This document shows, piece by piece, positions 9,107-17,891 of a stretch of DNA of 64,000 nucleotides. Positions within the stretch are counted from its first letter, which is position 1. Every line of letters starts with the position of its first letter. The stretch comes from Clostridiales bacterium (GTDB taxonomy: Bacteria; Bacillota; Clostridia; Christensenellales; DTU072), in contig DUUO01000015.1 in NCBI GenBank assembly GCA_012841525.1, forward strand, positions 18,924 through 82,923. Direction: 5' to 3'. Made by a program: the position numbers and the translations under genes. The notes beneath the pieces are model-generated. The model saw only the letters and a program-made list of their open reading frames with translations, did no database searches and was not told the origin of the DNA.

Positions 9107-11353
9107 ATGAGACATGTATCATTATATAGAAAATATAGACCAGTAACTTGGGAGCAAATTGTTGGTCAAAATCATATTGTTAGAACTATCAAAAATCAAA
9201 TTAATTCTAACAATATATCCCATGCTTATTTATTCACTGGCTCTAGAGGAACAGGAAAAACTTCATCAGCAAAAATTTTTGCTAGAGCAATAAATTGTCT
9301 AAATCCTGTTAACGGCTCGCCTTGTAATGAATGCAAAAATTGTAAGAGCATATTAAATGAAGCATCTTTTGATGTTGTCGAATTAGATGCAGCAAGCAAT
9401 AATAGTGTTAATGATATTAGATCTTTGATTGAAAATATCAGCATTCCACCAATGAATGGCAAATACAAGGTCTATATCGTTGATGAAGTTCATATGTTAT
9501 CACAACAAGCTTTTAATGCATTTTTAAAAACATTAGAAGAACCTCCAGAATATGTAGTTTTTATTTTAGCAACTACAGAAGTTCATAAAATTCCAAATAC
9601 AATTTTATCAAGATGTATGCAGTTTGATTTTAGGCTAATTCCTGTAAATGAATTAACTGAAATAATTACAAATATTTTTGACAAAGAAAATTATAAATAT
9701 GAACTAGAAGCATGTAGACAAATAGCAATTCATGGTGAAGGAAGTGCAAGAGATGCTTTATCTATAGCAGATATGTGCATGGCTTATGCACCTGAAAAGC
9801 TTACTTATAATGATGTTTTGGAAGTTTTAGGTGGTTCAGATTTTGAAACTTTATATAAAATTGCGGATGCAATATTAAATGAAAATATATCTAGACTGCT
9901 AGAGCATATAGATTCTGTTTATCATAAAGGAAAAGGAATATCTACATTAAACAAAGAACTTGCAAACTTTTTTAAGGATTTAATTACTATTAAAAATGTT
10001 CCAACATATTCACCATTTTCCAAAGAACAAAATGAAATTGCATTAAAACTTGCTAAAGAGCATGATAATTATAAAATTTCTAGAATTTTAGAAATTATTG
10101 CATCAGTTGAAAGCAATTTAAGATTTAGCGCTCAACCAAAAGTTTTATTTGAAGCAAATTTAATTAAAGCGGCAAAATTAATTACATCACCAAACATTGA
10201 GGCACTAAATTCTAGAATTAAAACATTAGAATCTAAAATTGAATCATTTTCAAAAGATAATGTTGAATATTTTAAGAAATTTTTAGATAATCATAACCTT
10301 ATTCCAGACATTTATGAATATTCAAAAAACTCCAAAGTATCTAAAAAAACAGCAAAATTAGAAGATACACAAGCACTTTCAAACAATGTTTCAGTTGATA
10401 AAGTTAATAATAATAAAGTTGAAAAAAGTGGCAAAGGCAATAGCACTAAAATCTCTTCTAAAGTTAATGTAATTTCTAATGTTCAAGACAAAATAACCAA
10501 TGAATTGCCTTTTGAAGATAAAAGTAATGAGCAAACTAATGATTTACCTTTTGAAGATAAAAGTGATGAAATAACTAATGAGTTGCCTTTTAAAGATAAT
10601 AGCGATGAAGTAACCAATGAGTTGCCTTTTGAAGATAATAGTGATGAGGTAACCAATGAGTTGCCTTTTAAAGATAATAGCGATGAAGTAACCAATGAGT
10701 TGCCTTTTGAAGATAATAGTGATGAGGTAACCAATGAGTTGCCTTTTGAAGATAATAGCGATGATTTAAAAGTTAATGAAACTTCTAATGCTCAAGACAA
10801 AACAACTAATGAATTACATTTTGAAAATAAAAGTAATGAGATAACTAATGAGTTACCTTTTGAAGATAAAAGCAATGAGACAATTAATGAGTTGCCATTT
10901 GAAGATAAAAGTAATGATGTGAAAGTTGATGAAGTTTCCAATGCTCAAAACAAAACAAATGGTGAATTGCATTTTGAAAATAATGAAAAACAATTGAACA
11001 ACAAAAAAAATAAAGACAAAAGTGATAATATGAAAGAGGCAAAAAAACTTTTTGATGCTTTATTAGAAGCAATGAAAGATCAAGTTTTAACATTAAGCCC
11101 ATTAAAGCAAGCAGATTCATTTAGATTAGAAAACGGATTTTTAACAATTACATATTTACCTACACATGACTTTGCATATAAAAGAATGATCGGAGGATGT
11201 AAAGATAGTTTAATTGAAGCTATGAAAAAAATTGATCCAAAAGTAAAACTTAATTTCGAATTAAAAAAACAAGAAATTGATAGCAAATTAAATCAATTAG
11301 AGCTTGAAGAAGTAAGTAAATTTTTTGACTCTAATTTGAAAATTAAAAATTAA
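9107..11353 (+). CDS. dnaX: DNA polymerase III subunit gamma/tau, carrying an inserted acidic tandem-repeat linker
   Basis: Walker A GSRGTGKTS, Zn module CNECKNCKS, DEVHML box and SRC motif (ILSRCMQFDF). Sits in the conserved dnaX-ybaB-recR order. Confidence 0.93.
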   Translation: MRHVSLYRKYRPVTWEQIVGQNHIVRTIKNQINSNNISHAYLFTGSRGTGKTSSAKIFARAINCLNPVNGSPCNECKNCKSILNEASFDVVELDAASNNSVNDIRSLIENISIPPMNGKYKVYIVDEVHMLSQQAFNAFLKTLEEPPEYVVFILATTEVHKIPNTILSRCMQFDFRLIPVNELTEIITNIFDKENYKYELEACRQIAIHGEGSARDALSIADMCMAYAPEKLTYNDVLEVLGGSDFETLYKIADAILNENISRLLEHIDSVYHKGKGISTLNKELANFFKDLITIKNVPTYSPFSKEQNEIALKLAKEHDNYKISRILEIIASVESNLRFSAQPKVLFEANLIKAAKLITSPNIEALNSRIKTLESKIESFSKDNVEYFKKFLDNHNLIPDIYEYSKNSKVSKKTAKLEDTQALSNNVSVDKVNNNKVEKSGKGNSTKISSKVNVISNVQDKITNELPFEDKSNEQTNDLPFEDKSDEITNELPFKDNSDEVTNELPFEDNSDEVTNELPFKDNSDEVTNELPFEDNSDEVTNELPFEDNSDDLKVNETSNAQDKTTNELHFENKSNEITNELPFEDKSNETINELPFEDKSNDVKVDEVSNAQNKTNGELHFENNEKQLNNKKNKDKSDNMKEAKKLFDALLEAMKDQVLTLSPLKQADSFRLENGFLTITYLPTHDFAYKRMIGGCKDSLIEAMKKIDPKVKLNFELKKQEIDSKLNQLELEEVSKFFDSNLKIKN
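10471..10990 (+). repeat. in-frame coding tandem repeat inside dnaX: 11 copies of a 39-bp / 13-aa unit (consensus TNELPFEDNSDEV)
   Basis: Nine LPF and two LHF units are read from the translation. A 78-bp block is perfectly duplicated (10577..10654 equals 10655..10732). A higher-order SN(A/V)Q(D/N)K..NEL(P/H)F unit restarts at about 10471, 10781 and 10933. Confidence 0.95.
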
Positions 11354-11371
11354 AAAATATAGGAGGATTTT

Positions 11372-11722
11372 ATGGCAAAATATAAAGGTCCACAAGGTCG
11401 TATGCCTGGAGGCAACATGAATCAATTAATGAAGCAAGCACAAAAAATGCAACAAGATTTGGCAAAAGCACAACAAGAACTTGCTGAAACTGAAGTTGTC
11501 GCGACAGCTGGCGGAGAAATGGTCGAAGTTGTAATGACATGTGACAGACAACTTTCTTCTATTAAAATAAAACCAGAAGTAGTAGATCCAGATGATGTAG
11601 AAATGCTTGAAGACTTAATTCAAGCTGCTTTTAATGAAGCAAGCAAACTTGTTGAACAAGAGTATGAAAGAATTATGGGGCCATTTTCTGGTGCAATAAA
11701 TGGACTTGGAGGATTATTTTAA
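11372..11722 (+). CDS. ybaB: YbaB/EbfC family nucleoid-associated protein
   Basis: 116 aa with the Gln-rich N-terminus MQQDLAKAQQELAETEV. Strong RBS AGGAGG. Conserved position between dnaX and recR. Confidence 0.9.
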   Translation: MAKYKGPQGRMPGGNMNQLMKQAQKMQQDLAKAQQELAETEVVATAGGEMVEVVMTCDRQLSSIKIKPEVVDPDDVEMLEDLIQAAFNEASKLVEQEYERIMGPFSGAINGLGGLF

Positions 11723-12303
11723 TGTATCCTGAAGCAGTTTCAAAACTAGCAGCGATGTTTAGAAAACTCCCATCTGTCGGCACAAAAACGGCTATGAGAT
11801 ATGCATATAAAATCATTGAAATGAGTGATGAAGAAGCAAATGATCTTATTGAAGCAATAAAAGATGTGAAAAAAAATATTCATTTTTGTAAAGAATGTGG
11901 CACTTATACCGACAAAGATATTTGCGATCGCTGTATGGTTGCAGATAAAAGCATTATTTGCGTTGTAAAAGAGCCTAAAGATATAGAGGTTTTTGAAAAA
12001 ATTGGTGCTTTCAATGGAGTTTTTCATGTATTACACGGTACAATAGATTTTCAAAAACAAGTCTTGGTAGATAATATTAGAATTAAGGAATTGATAGACC
12101 GTCTTGATGGAGTAAAGGAAGTTATAATAGCAACTAACACTGATGTAAGCGGTGAAATGACTGCTTCATATTTAGCACAACTTATAAAACCTATGAATAT
12201 AAAAGTAACTAGATTAGCAAGCGGAATCCCTATGGGAACAGAAATTGAATATGCAGATGAGCATACTTTATCTCAAGCTTTAATTGATAGGAAAGAAATT
12301 TAA
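11722..12303 (+). CDS. recR: recombination protein RecR
   Basis: 193 aa with a C4 zinc finger (CKECGTYTDKDICDRC) and a Toprim-like C-terminal half. Its start overlaps the ybaB stop (TAATG). Confidence 0.92.
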   Translation: MYPEAVSKLAAMFRKLPSVGTKTAMRYAYKIIEMSDEEANDLIEAIKDVKKNIHFCKECGTYTDKDICDRCMVADKSIICVVKEPKDIEVFEKIGAFNGVFHVLHGTIDFQKQVLVDNIRIKELIDRLDGVKEVIIATNTDVSGEMTASYLAQLIKPMNIKVTRLASGIPMGTEIEYADEHTLSQALIDRKEI

Positions 12304-12330
12304 ATTTATATTAAAAAATAGATTTATTTT

Positions 12331-12362
12331 CAAATATGGGGCTATATACCCCATATTTTTTT
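12331..12362 (+). terminator. Rho-independent terminator after recR (may also serve the convergent minus-strand gene)
   Basis: ATATGGGG (12334..12341) pairs with CCCCATAT (12349..12356), followed by a T-run at 12356..12362. Confidence 0.7.
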
Positions 12363-13458
12363 ATGCATTTAATTCTTTATTTATAACTTCAGCTGGATTG
12401 TTGTATCCAAAATCTGAAGAACTCAAGCGTTTATTTTCATAATCTTCATTTGGATATAGTGTCAAAAAATTATTTAGACGAATTAATGTATTACATTCAA
12501 CAATGGTATTTTTATATTGCTCAATAATAGCTTTTTTTAAGTTCCTTGAACTTCCCAAAGAAACGCAAAGTTTTTTAGCCTTAAATGCTATAGTGAAAAA
12601 GTATGAATCAGGCCTTGTAATTAAAACATTTGCAGCAGAAAGTAATATATTAAAATCTATATTTTTTTGATTATAAACTTTATAACCGTTTAGTAATGCA
12701 ACCTTGCTAATTTCTTCGTTATTATTGCTCCAAATTAATATATTATATTTATCTTTGTGGTTAGATAAAACAGAGATTAGTGCATCCATTTTTGCTCCAC
12801 TTTCATTGTCATCGAAAACAAATAAAAGAGTCTTTTTCTTATCAACTATACCTAGTGTTTTATTGGCTTTTGCTCTTAACATTGGCTTTTCATAACTTTT
12901 TGGATAAGCAATTCCTGCTGTTAAAACTTTTGTTAAATCTATATTATCTTCGCTTAATCTAGTAGCAGATATATCATTTGCAACTATGAGTTTATCAACA
13001 AATGGATTCAATAACTGCTTATTAAATAACAATTCAGTATCATATAAAAATATTTTAACATTTGACTGCAACTTATTTTTAACACTCGTCGCTTCTTCTA
13101 ATCCGTCTATCCCTGTTAAAATTACGGCTTTGGGATTATATCTCAGAAAAATATTTTCCATTCTTTTGTATGATATATTGTTTTTAAATGCCAAATCATA
13201 TTGGCCTAATTTATCTATATTGCTTTCAATTTTCTTTGTTTTTTTAGATTGTTCTATCCTAGAAATATTTAGCTGTATTTTAAATTGTGATGTTAAAAAG
13301 TCAGGTAAAACTCTTGTATATAATTCATCAACATCAAAAAGAATTATTAATAAGTCCTTATTTAATTCTAACAGTTGACTTTTTAATGCATCAGTAATAT
13401 GGGTCTTTTCTTTAGTCGTAAATATTAAAACTACATCTTTTTCTTTTGTCTCTAACAT
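12361..13458 (-). CDS. hypothetical protein; distant, possibly degenerate resemblance to UgtP/MGDG-synthase-type (GT28-like) glycosyltransferases
   Basis: The layout is collinear with my memory of UgtP. Matching segments are VVLIFTT..., PKAVILTG, FLYDTELLFNKQLLNPFVDKLIVAND...TAGIAYP, KTLLFVFDDNESGAK...ILIWSNNNE and AANVLITRPDSY. The usual G-rich nucleotide-sugar loops are not evident. The start is trimmed to the ATG at 13458. Confidence 0.3.
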   Translation of the reverse strand: MLETKEKDVVLIFTTKEKTHITDALKSQLLELNKDLLIILFDVDELYTRVLPDFLTSQFKIQLNISRIEQSKKTKKIESNIDKLGQYDLAFKNNISYKRMENIFLRYNPKAVILTGIDGLEEATSVKNKLQSNVKIFLYDTELLFNKQLLNPFVDKLIVANDISATRLSEDNIDLTKVLTAGIAYPKSYEKPMLRAKANKTLGIVDKKKTLLFVFDDNESGAKMDALISVLSNHKDKYNILIWSNNNEEISKVALLNGYKVYNQKNIDFNILLSAANVLITRPDSYFFTIAFKAKKLCVSLGSSRNLKKAIIEQYKNTIVECNTLIRLNNFLTLYPNEDYENKRLSSSDFGYNNPAEVINKELNA

Positions 13459-13579
13459 GTTTTTACCTTGCTTTAATTTTAATTTGTTTATATATATTAA
13501 TTTGTACACATTATAAAAATACAAAATTCTATTAAATATCTTTTTTTACTTATGTGTCACTATAAAATTCAAATTTTTA

Positions 13580-15241
13580 TTAAATATCTCTTTCTTCCAT
13601 TTGTATCACTGGAATAATAAAGGGAGTTCTTTTCATTGTGTTTCTAAATTTTCTTTTAGCAAATCTTATAATTTCAGATTCAATTTCTTCAGAATTTAAT
13701 CCTACAACATTGCCATCATCTAAAAATTTATATAGCGATGATGCAACATCTATAATTAAAGAATCGGACAAAACGATACCTTTTGCAACTATCTGTATAT
13801 CGCTTTTGGGTAACCCAATATTATCAATTGAGGCACTAATTACAACAACTCCTTCTTCAGCAATAAATCTTCTTATTTCTATTTCGTCTGTTTCGCTTTC
13901 TTGATCGCCTATCATATATACACTTTTGCAAGGAACTTTTCCTTTATCAATAAATCCTTTTTTTGAAATTTCAAAAGAAGAACCAAGTGTTGGAATTAAT
14001 ATATTTTTCTTAGGCATACCCATTGAAATCGCAATTCGCTCGTGTTGTAACATATGACGAAATTCACCATGAATTGGAACAAAATATGAAGGACTTGTTA
14101 AAGCCATCATAAGTTTTAATTCTTCCTGGCAAGCGTGTCCAGAGCAATGAACATTATATAGTGTTTGATAGATTACATCTGCACCTAAACGAGATAAACC
14201 ATTTATCATTTTATATATTGTTTTTTCATTACCAGGGATAGATCTTGCAGATAATATTATAGTATCCTTTTCACCAATTACTAATGGAGACGAATCTCCA
14301 ACACTCATTTTGTATAAAGCACTTCTTGGCTCTCCTTGAGAACCTGTAGCAATTATACAAACTTTATTCATCGGCAGTTTCATAGCCTCTGATAATTCTA
14401 TTATATTTTTAGGTTCGAACTTTAATTCTTTATATTTTTCTGCTAGTTCAACATTGTTTTTTAATGAACGCCCCATTAAAACTACTTTTCTGTTAAACTT
14501 AACAGCGCAGTCGTAAATTTGCTGTATTCTATGCACATTTGATGCAAAAGTTGCAACAGTTATTCTATCATCAGACTTATCATTAAATATAGAAGATAGG
14601 TTTTTCCCGACTTCTAATTCACTAAGTGAATAACCAGGTTTGTTTGCATTTGTGCTGTCAGACATTAATAGCAATACTCCCTCTTTGCCAATTTCTGCAA
14701 TTCTTGACAATTCTATAGATCTAGAATCTACAGGAGTATGATCTATTTTAAAGTCCCCTGTATAAAAAACGCCTCCCTTTGGTGTTTTTATCCATAAAGA
14801 AAAAGCACCTGGAATAGAATGAGTCACCCTAATAAACTCAACAGTAAAAGGACCTACTTTTATTGGTTTAGAGTGCTCATTAACTTTGTGAAAATTAGAA
14901 GTTTTCTTTTTTAGTTTGTTTTTAGTGAGCTTATTTTCTAAAAATCCAAGCGCAATATTAGATCCATATACAGGCACATCAACATGTTTTAATAAAATTG
15001 GCATCGCGCCAATATGATCTTCATGTCCATGAGTCAAAAAAATCGCTTTTAATTTATCTATTCTTTCTAAAATATATGAAAAATCTGGGATAATATATTC
15101 TACGCCAGGAAGCACTTCATTATCAGGGAAAGACATTCCTACATCAACAATAATCATAGTATCATCATACTCAAATATTGTTAGGTTTTTGCCAATCTCC
15201 TCAACTCCTCCAAGCATTATAATTTTCAAGTTTTTTGCCAT
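13580..15241 (-). CDS. rnj: ribonuclease J
   Basis: 553 aa with the metallo-beta-lactamase motif THGHEDHIG and beta-CASP-like layout. RBS GAGGTGA. Confidence 0.9.
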   Translation of the reverse strand: MAKNLKIIMLGGVEEIGKNLTIFEYDDTMIIVDVGMSFPDNEVLPGVEYIIPDFSYILERIDKLKAIFLTHGHEDHIGAMPILLKHVDVPVYGSNIALGFLENKLTKNKLKKKTSNFHKVNEHSKPIKVGPFTVEFIRVTHSIPGAFSLWIKTPKGGVFYTGDFKIDHTPVDSRSIELSRIAEIGKEGVLLLMSDSTNANKPGYSLSELEVGKNLSSIFNDKSDDRITVATFASNVHRIQQIYDCAVKFNRKVVLMGRSLKNNVELAEKYKELKFEPKNIIELSEAMKLPMNKVCIIATGSQGEPRSALYKMSVGDSSPLVIGEKDTIILSARSIPGNEKTIYKMINGLSRLGADVIYQTLYNVHCSGHACQEELKLMMALTSPSYFVPIHGEFRHMLQHERIAISMGMPKKNILIPTLGSSFEISKKGFIDKGKVPCKSVYMIGDQESETDEIEIRRFIAEEGVVVISASIDNIGLPKSDIQIVAKGIVLSDSLIIDVASSLYKFLDDGNVVGLNSEEIESEIIRFAKRKFRNTMKRTPFIIPVIQMEERDI

Positions 15242-15577
15242 CTTTCACCTCAAAAAAATTATATAAGTTTTTAGATATATAATCAAGTAAAGGCATATAA
15301 CACATAGATATTGAAAACAAATGTAAAAACATTTTCAAAAAATGCTAACAACATTCAAATGTTAATTAATAGATTTTGCAGTGAATAAAAAATTAAAATT
15401 TATAATTTCCTCTAGCAATAATTGTAAAAAATATCCACAATCTAGAACAACAACTTGCTACTCATCAAACAAAAATTCACACTGGCTGTGCAATTATTTT
15501 AGTGTGATATTATTAGACTTAAATTTCGTCAAATAGTATAATATAATCATTAAAATATTAAAAAAGGAAGGTATAAT

Positions 15578-16648
15578 ATGAAAGTTTTTAATTTTTCCGC
15601 AGGCCCTAGCACATTACCAAAAGAAGTGTTATTAGAAGCGCAAAAAGATTTTGTTGATTACAAAGGAACAGGTATGTCTGTAACAGAAATGAGCCATAGA
15701 TCAAAGGCTTATGATGAAATACATATTGAGGCAATTGCATTATTAAAAAAATTGTTAAATATTAGTGATGAATATGAAGTTTTATTTGTACAAGGTGGCG
15801 CAAGCACTCAATTTTCTGCTGTTCCATTAAACTTATTACACAATAAAGCTGATTATATTTTAACTGGTAACTTTGCTAAAAAAGCATATGAAGAGGCTAA
15901 AAGATTTGGTGAAATAAATGTTTGTGCTTCAAGCGAAGATAAAAACTTTACATATATTCCTGAAGGCAAAGAAATTAACATTAGTAAAGATGCAGACTAT
16001 GTACACATCACTCAAAATAATACAGTATTTGGAACAAGATACATAAATCTTCCACAAACTGATGTCCCTATTGTTTCTGATATGTCTTCAAATATTTTAA
16101 GTGAAGTCATTGATGTTAATAAATTTGGTCTTATCTATGCAGGTGCTCAAAAAAATATTGCTCCAGCAGGCGTTACAATTGTCATTGTAAGAAAAGATTT
16201 AATTAATCAACCTCAAACAATATGCCCAACAATGCTTATGTATAAAACACATGCAAAGGCTAATAGTCTATATAACACACCACCATGTTTTTCAATATAT
16301 ATGGCTATGCTAGTTTTTAGATGGCTTGATAAATTAGGTGGAATTAAAGAAATGCAAAAGATAAATGAATATAAAGCAAACCTTTTATACGATTATATAG
16401 ATAATAGTAAAATGTTTAAAAATAATGTTGAAAAGAAGTTTCGTTCAATAATGAATGTAATTTTTAATACAGGCGACCAAGATTTGGATGCAAAGTTTGT
16501 AAAAGAAGCGACTGAACACGGCATTATTTCAATCAAAGGATATAAACTACTTGGTGGTATGAGAGCAAGCATATATAATGCTATGCCAGTTGAAGGCGTT
16601 GAGTATTTAATTGATTTTATGAAAAAATTTGAAATGGAGAATAAATAA
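15578..16648 (+). CDS. serC: phosphoserine aminotransferase
   Basis: 356 aa with N-terminus FNFSAGPSTLP and a class-V aminotransferase layout. RBS AAGGAAGG. Adjacent to serA. Confidence 0.9.
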   Translation: MKVFNFSAGPSTLPKEVLLEAQKDFVDYKGTGMSVTEMSHRSKAYDEIHIEAIALLKKLLNISDEYEVLFVQGGASTQFSAVPLNLLHNKADYILTGNFAKKAYEEAKRFGEINVCASSEDKNFTYIPEGKEINISKDADYVHITQNNTVFGTRYINLPQTDVPIVSDMSSNILSEVIDVNKFGLIYAGAQKNIAPAGVTIVIVRKDLINQPQTICPTMLMYKTHAKANSLYNTPPCFSIYMAMLVFRWLDKLGGIKEMQKINEYKANLLYDYIDNSKMFKNNVEKKFRSIMNVIFNTGDQDLDAKFVKEATEHGIISIKGYKLLGGMRASIYNAMPVEGVEYLIDFMKKFEMENK

Positions 16649-16650
16649 CT

Positions 16651-17808
16651 ATGTATGAAATTTTGACACTAAATAAAATTAACAAGAAAATTTTTGAAGT
16701 CCTTAATGAGGATTTTGAAGTTTCTGAAAATTTTGAAAATCCTGATGCAATTTTAGTTCGCTCATTTAAAATGCATGATATGCAATTTGGAGAAAACTTA
16801 TTAGCAATTGCAAGAGCTGGCGCTGGAACAAATAATATTCCAATAACTGCCCTTACTAAAAAAGGTGTCGTTGTTTTTAACACACCAGGAGCAAATTCTA
16901 ATGCAGTTAAAGAATTAGTTGTATGTGGAATGATAATGGCAGCAAGAAATCTTGTGCCTGCTTGTAAATGGACTGAAACAATAAAAGGATGTGGCACTGA
17001 TGTTCCAGCTTTAGTTGAAAAAGGCAAAGGTCAATTTGTAGGAACTGAGCTTGCAGGCAAAACATTAGGTGTAATTGGTCTTGGAGCAATTGGAGCAAAA
17101 GTGGCAAAAGTAGCAAATGCTCTTGATATGCATGTCATAGGATATGATCCATATATTTGCGAAAGCATGAAAGAAGATGTTTTAAGTTATGCAAGCATAA
17201 CAGATAACATTGAAGATATTTATAAACAATCTGATTTTATTTCACTACATACTCCGCTACTTGATAATACTAAAGGAATGATTTGTGAAAAAACGATATC
17301 TCAAATGAAAGATGGAGTTGTAATAATTAATGCAGCACGAGGCGAGCTTGTAAACAATGAAGATATTTGTAAAGCCTTAAACGATAGAAAAGTTAGGACT
17401 TATGTACTTGATATCCCAACTGCTGAAACCTTAAATTGTGATAATATCATTGCAATTCCTCATCTTGGAGCATCAACGGAAGAGTCAGAAGAAAATTGTG
17501 CTTTTATGGCTGCTTCTCAAATTAAAGAATATTTAGAAAATGGCAATATAAAAAATAGTGTTAATTTCCCACAATTGTCTTTTGATAGAGAGCCTAATAC
17601 GACAAGAGTCACTGTTGCTTTTAATAATATTGATGATACAAAAGAAGAAATAATTAAAATCATTGAAAAATCTAAACCTTCTATATACAAAGTAAACACA
17701 AATAAAAATATAGGCTATATTATTGCTGAAAGTAAAGATGGATTTGCTGAAAATATTATTGACGATCTTTCTGAAAATGAAAATGTATTGTTGATTAGAA
17801 TAATATAA
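16651..17808 (+). CDS. serA: D-3-phosphoglycerate dehydrogenase (2-hydroxyacid dehydrogenase family with a C-terminal regulatory-like domain)
   Basis: NAD loop GVIGLGAIGAKVA. The 385-aa length includes a C-terminal ACT-like tail. Lies 3 nt downstream of serC. Confidence 0.8.
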   Translation: MYEILTLNKINKKIFEVLNEDFEVSENFENPDAILVRSFKMHDMQFGENLLAIARAGAGTNNIPITALTKKGVVVFNTPGANSNAVKELVVCGMIMAARNLVPACKWTETIKGCGTDVPALVEKGKGQFVGTELAGKTLGVIGLGAIGAKVAKVANALDMHVIGYDPYICESMKEDVLSYASITDNIEDIYKQSDFISLHTPLLDNTKGMICEKTISQMKDGVVIINAARGELVNNEDICKALNDRKVRTYVLDIPTAETLNCDNIIAIPHLGASTEESEENCAFMAASQIKEYLENGNIKNSVNFPQLSFDREPNTTRVTVAFNNIDDTKEEIIKIIEKSKPSIYKVNTNKNIGYIIAESKDGFAENIIDDLSENENVLLIRII

Positions 17809-17828
17809 ATTTTATTATTATGATTATT

Positions 17829-17860
17829 AAAAAGACCACTCTAATTGAGTGGTTTTTTTA
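17829..17860. terminator. bidirectional Rho-independent terminator between convergent serA and the 496-aa membrane-protein gene
   Basis: CCACTC (17836..17841) pairs with GAGTGG (17847..17852). An A-run precedes it and a T7 run follows (17853..17859). Confidence 0.7.
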
Positions 17861-17891
17861 TTTTAAATGTATTTATTTTGTTTTTATATAT

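Noticed and set aside
10483-10734. An 83-aa minus-strand ORF with its own repeat (SLVTSSLLS...) inside dnaX.
   Set aside because: It is the mirror image of the dnaX coding repeat. dnaX is unambiguous on the plus strand.
15242-15577. A T-box or other riboswitch leader upstream of serC, since the 335-bp leader region is long.
   Set aside because: I found no T-box consensus (GGTGGTACCGCG-like) and no terminator/antiterminator pair. Only a plausible sigma-A promoter is present (TTAGAC, 18 nt, TATAAT at 15513..15542).
16617-17116. Minus-strand ORFs of 136 and 69 aa overlapping serA.
   Set aside because: serA has clear NAD-binding and family motifs on the plus strand, and the antisense frames have no support.
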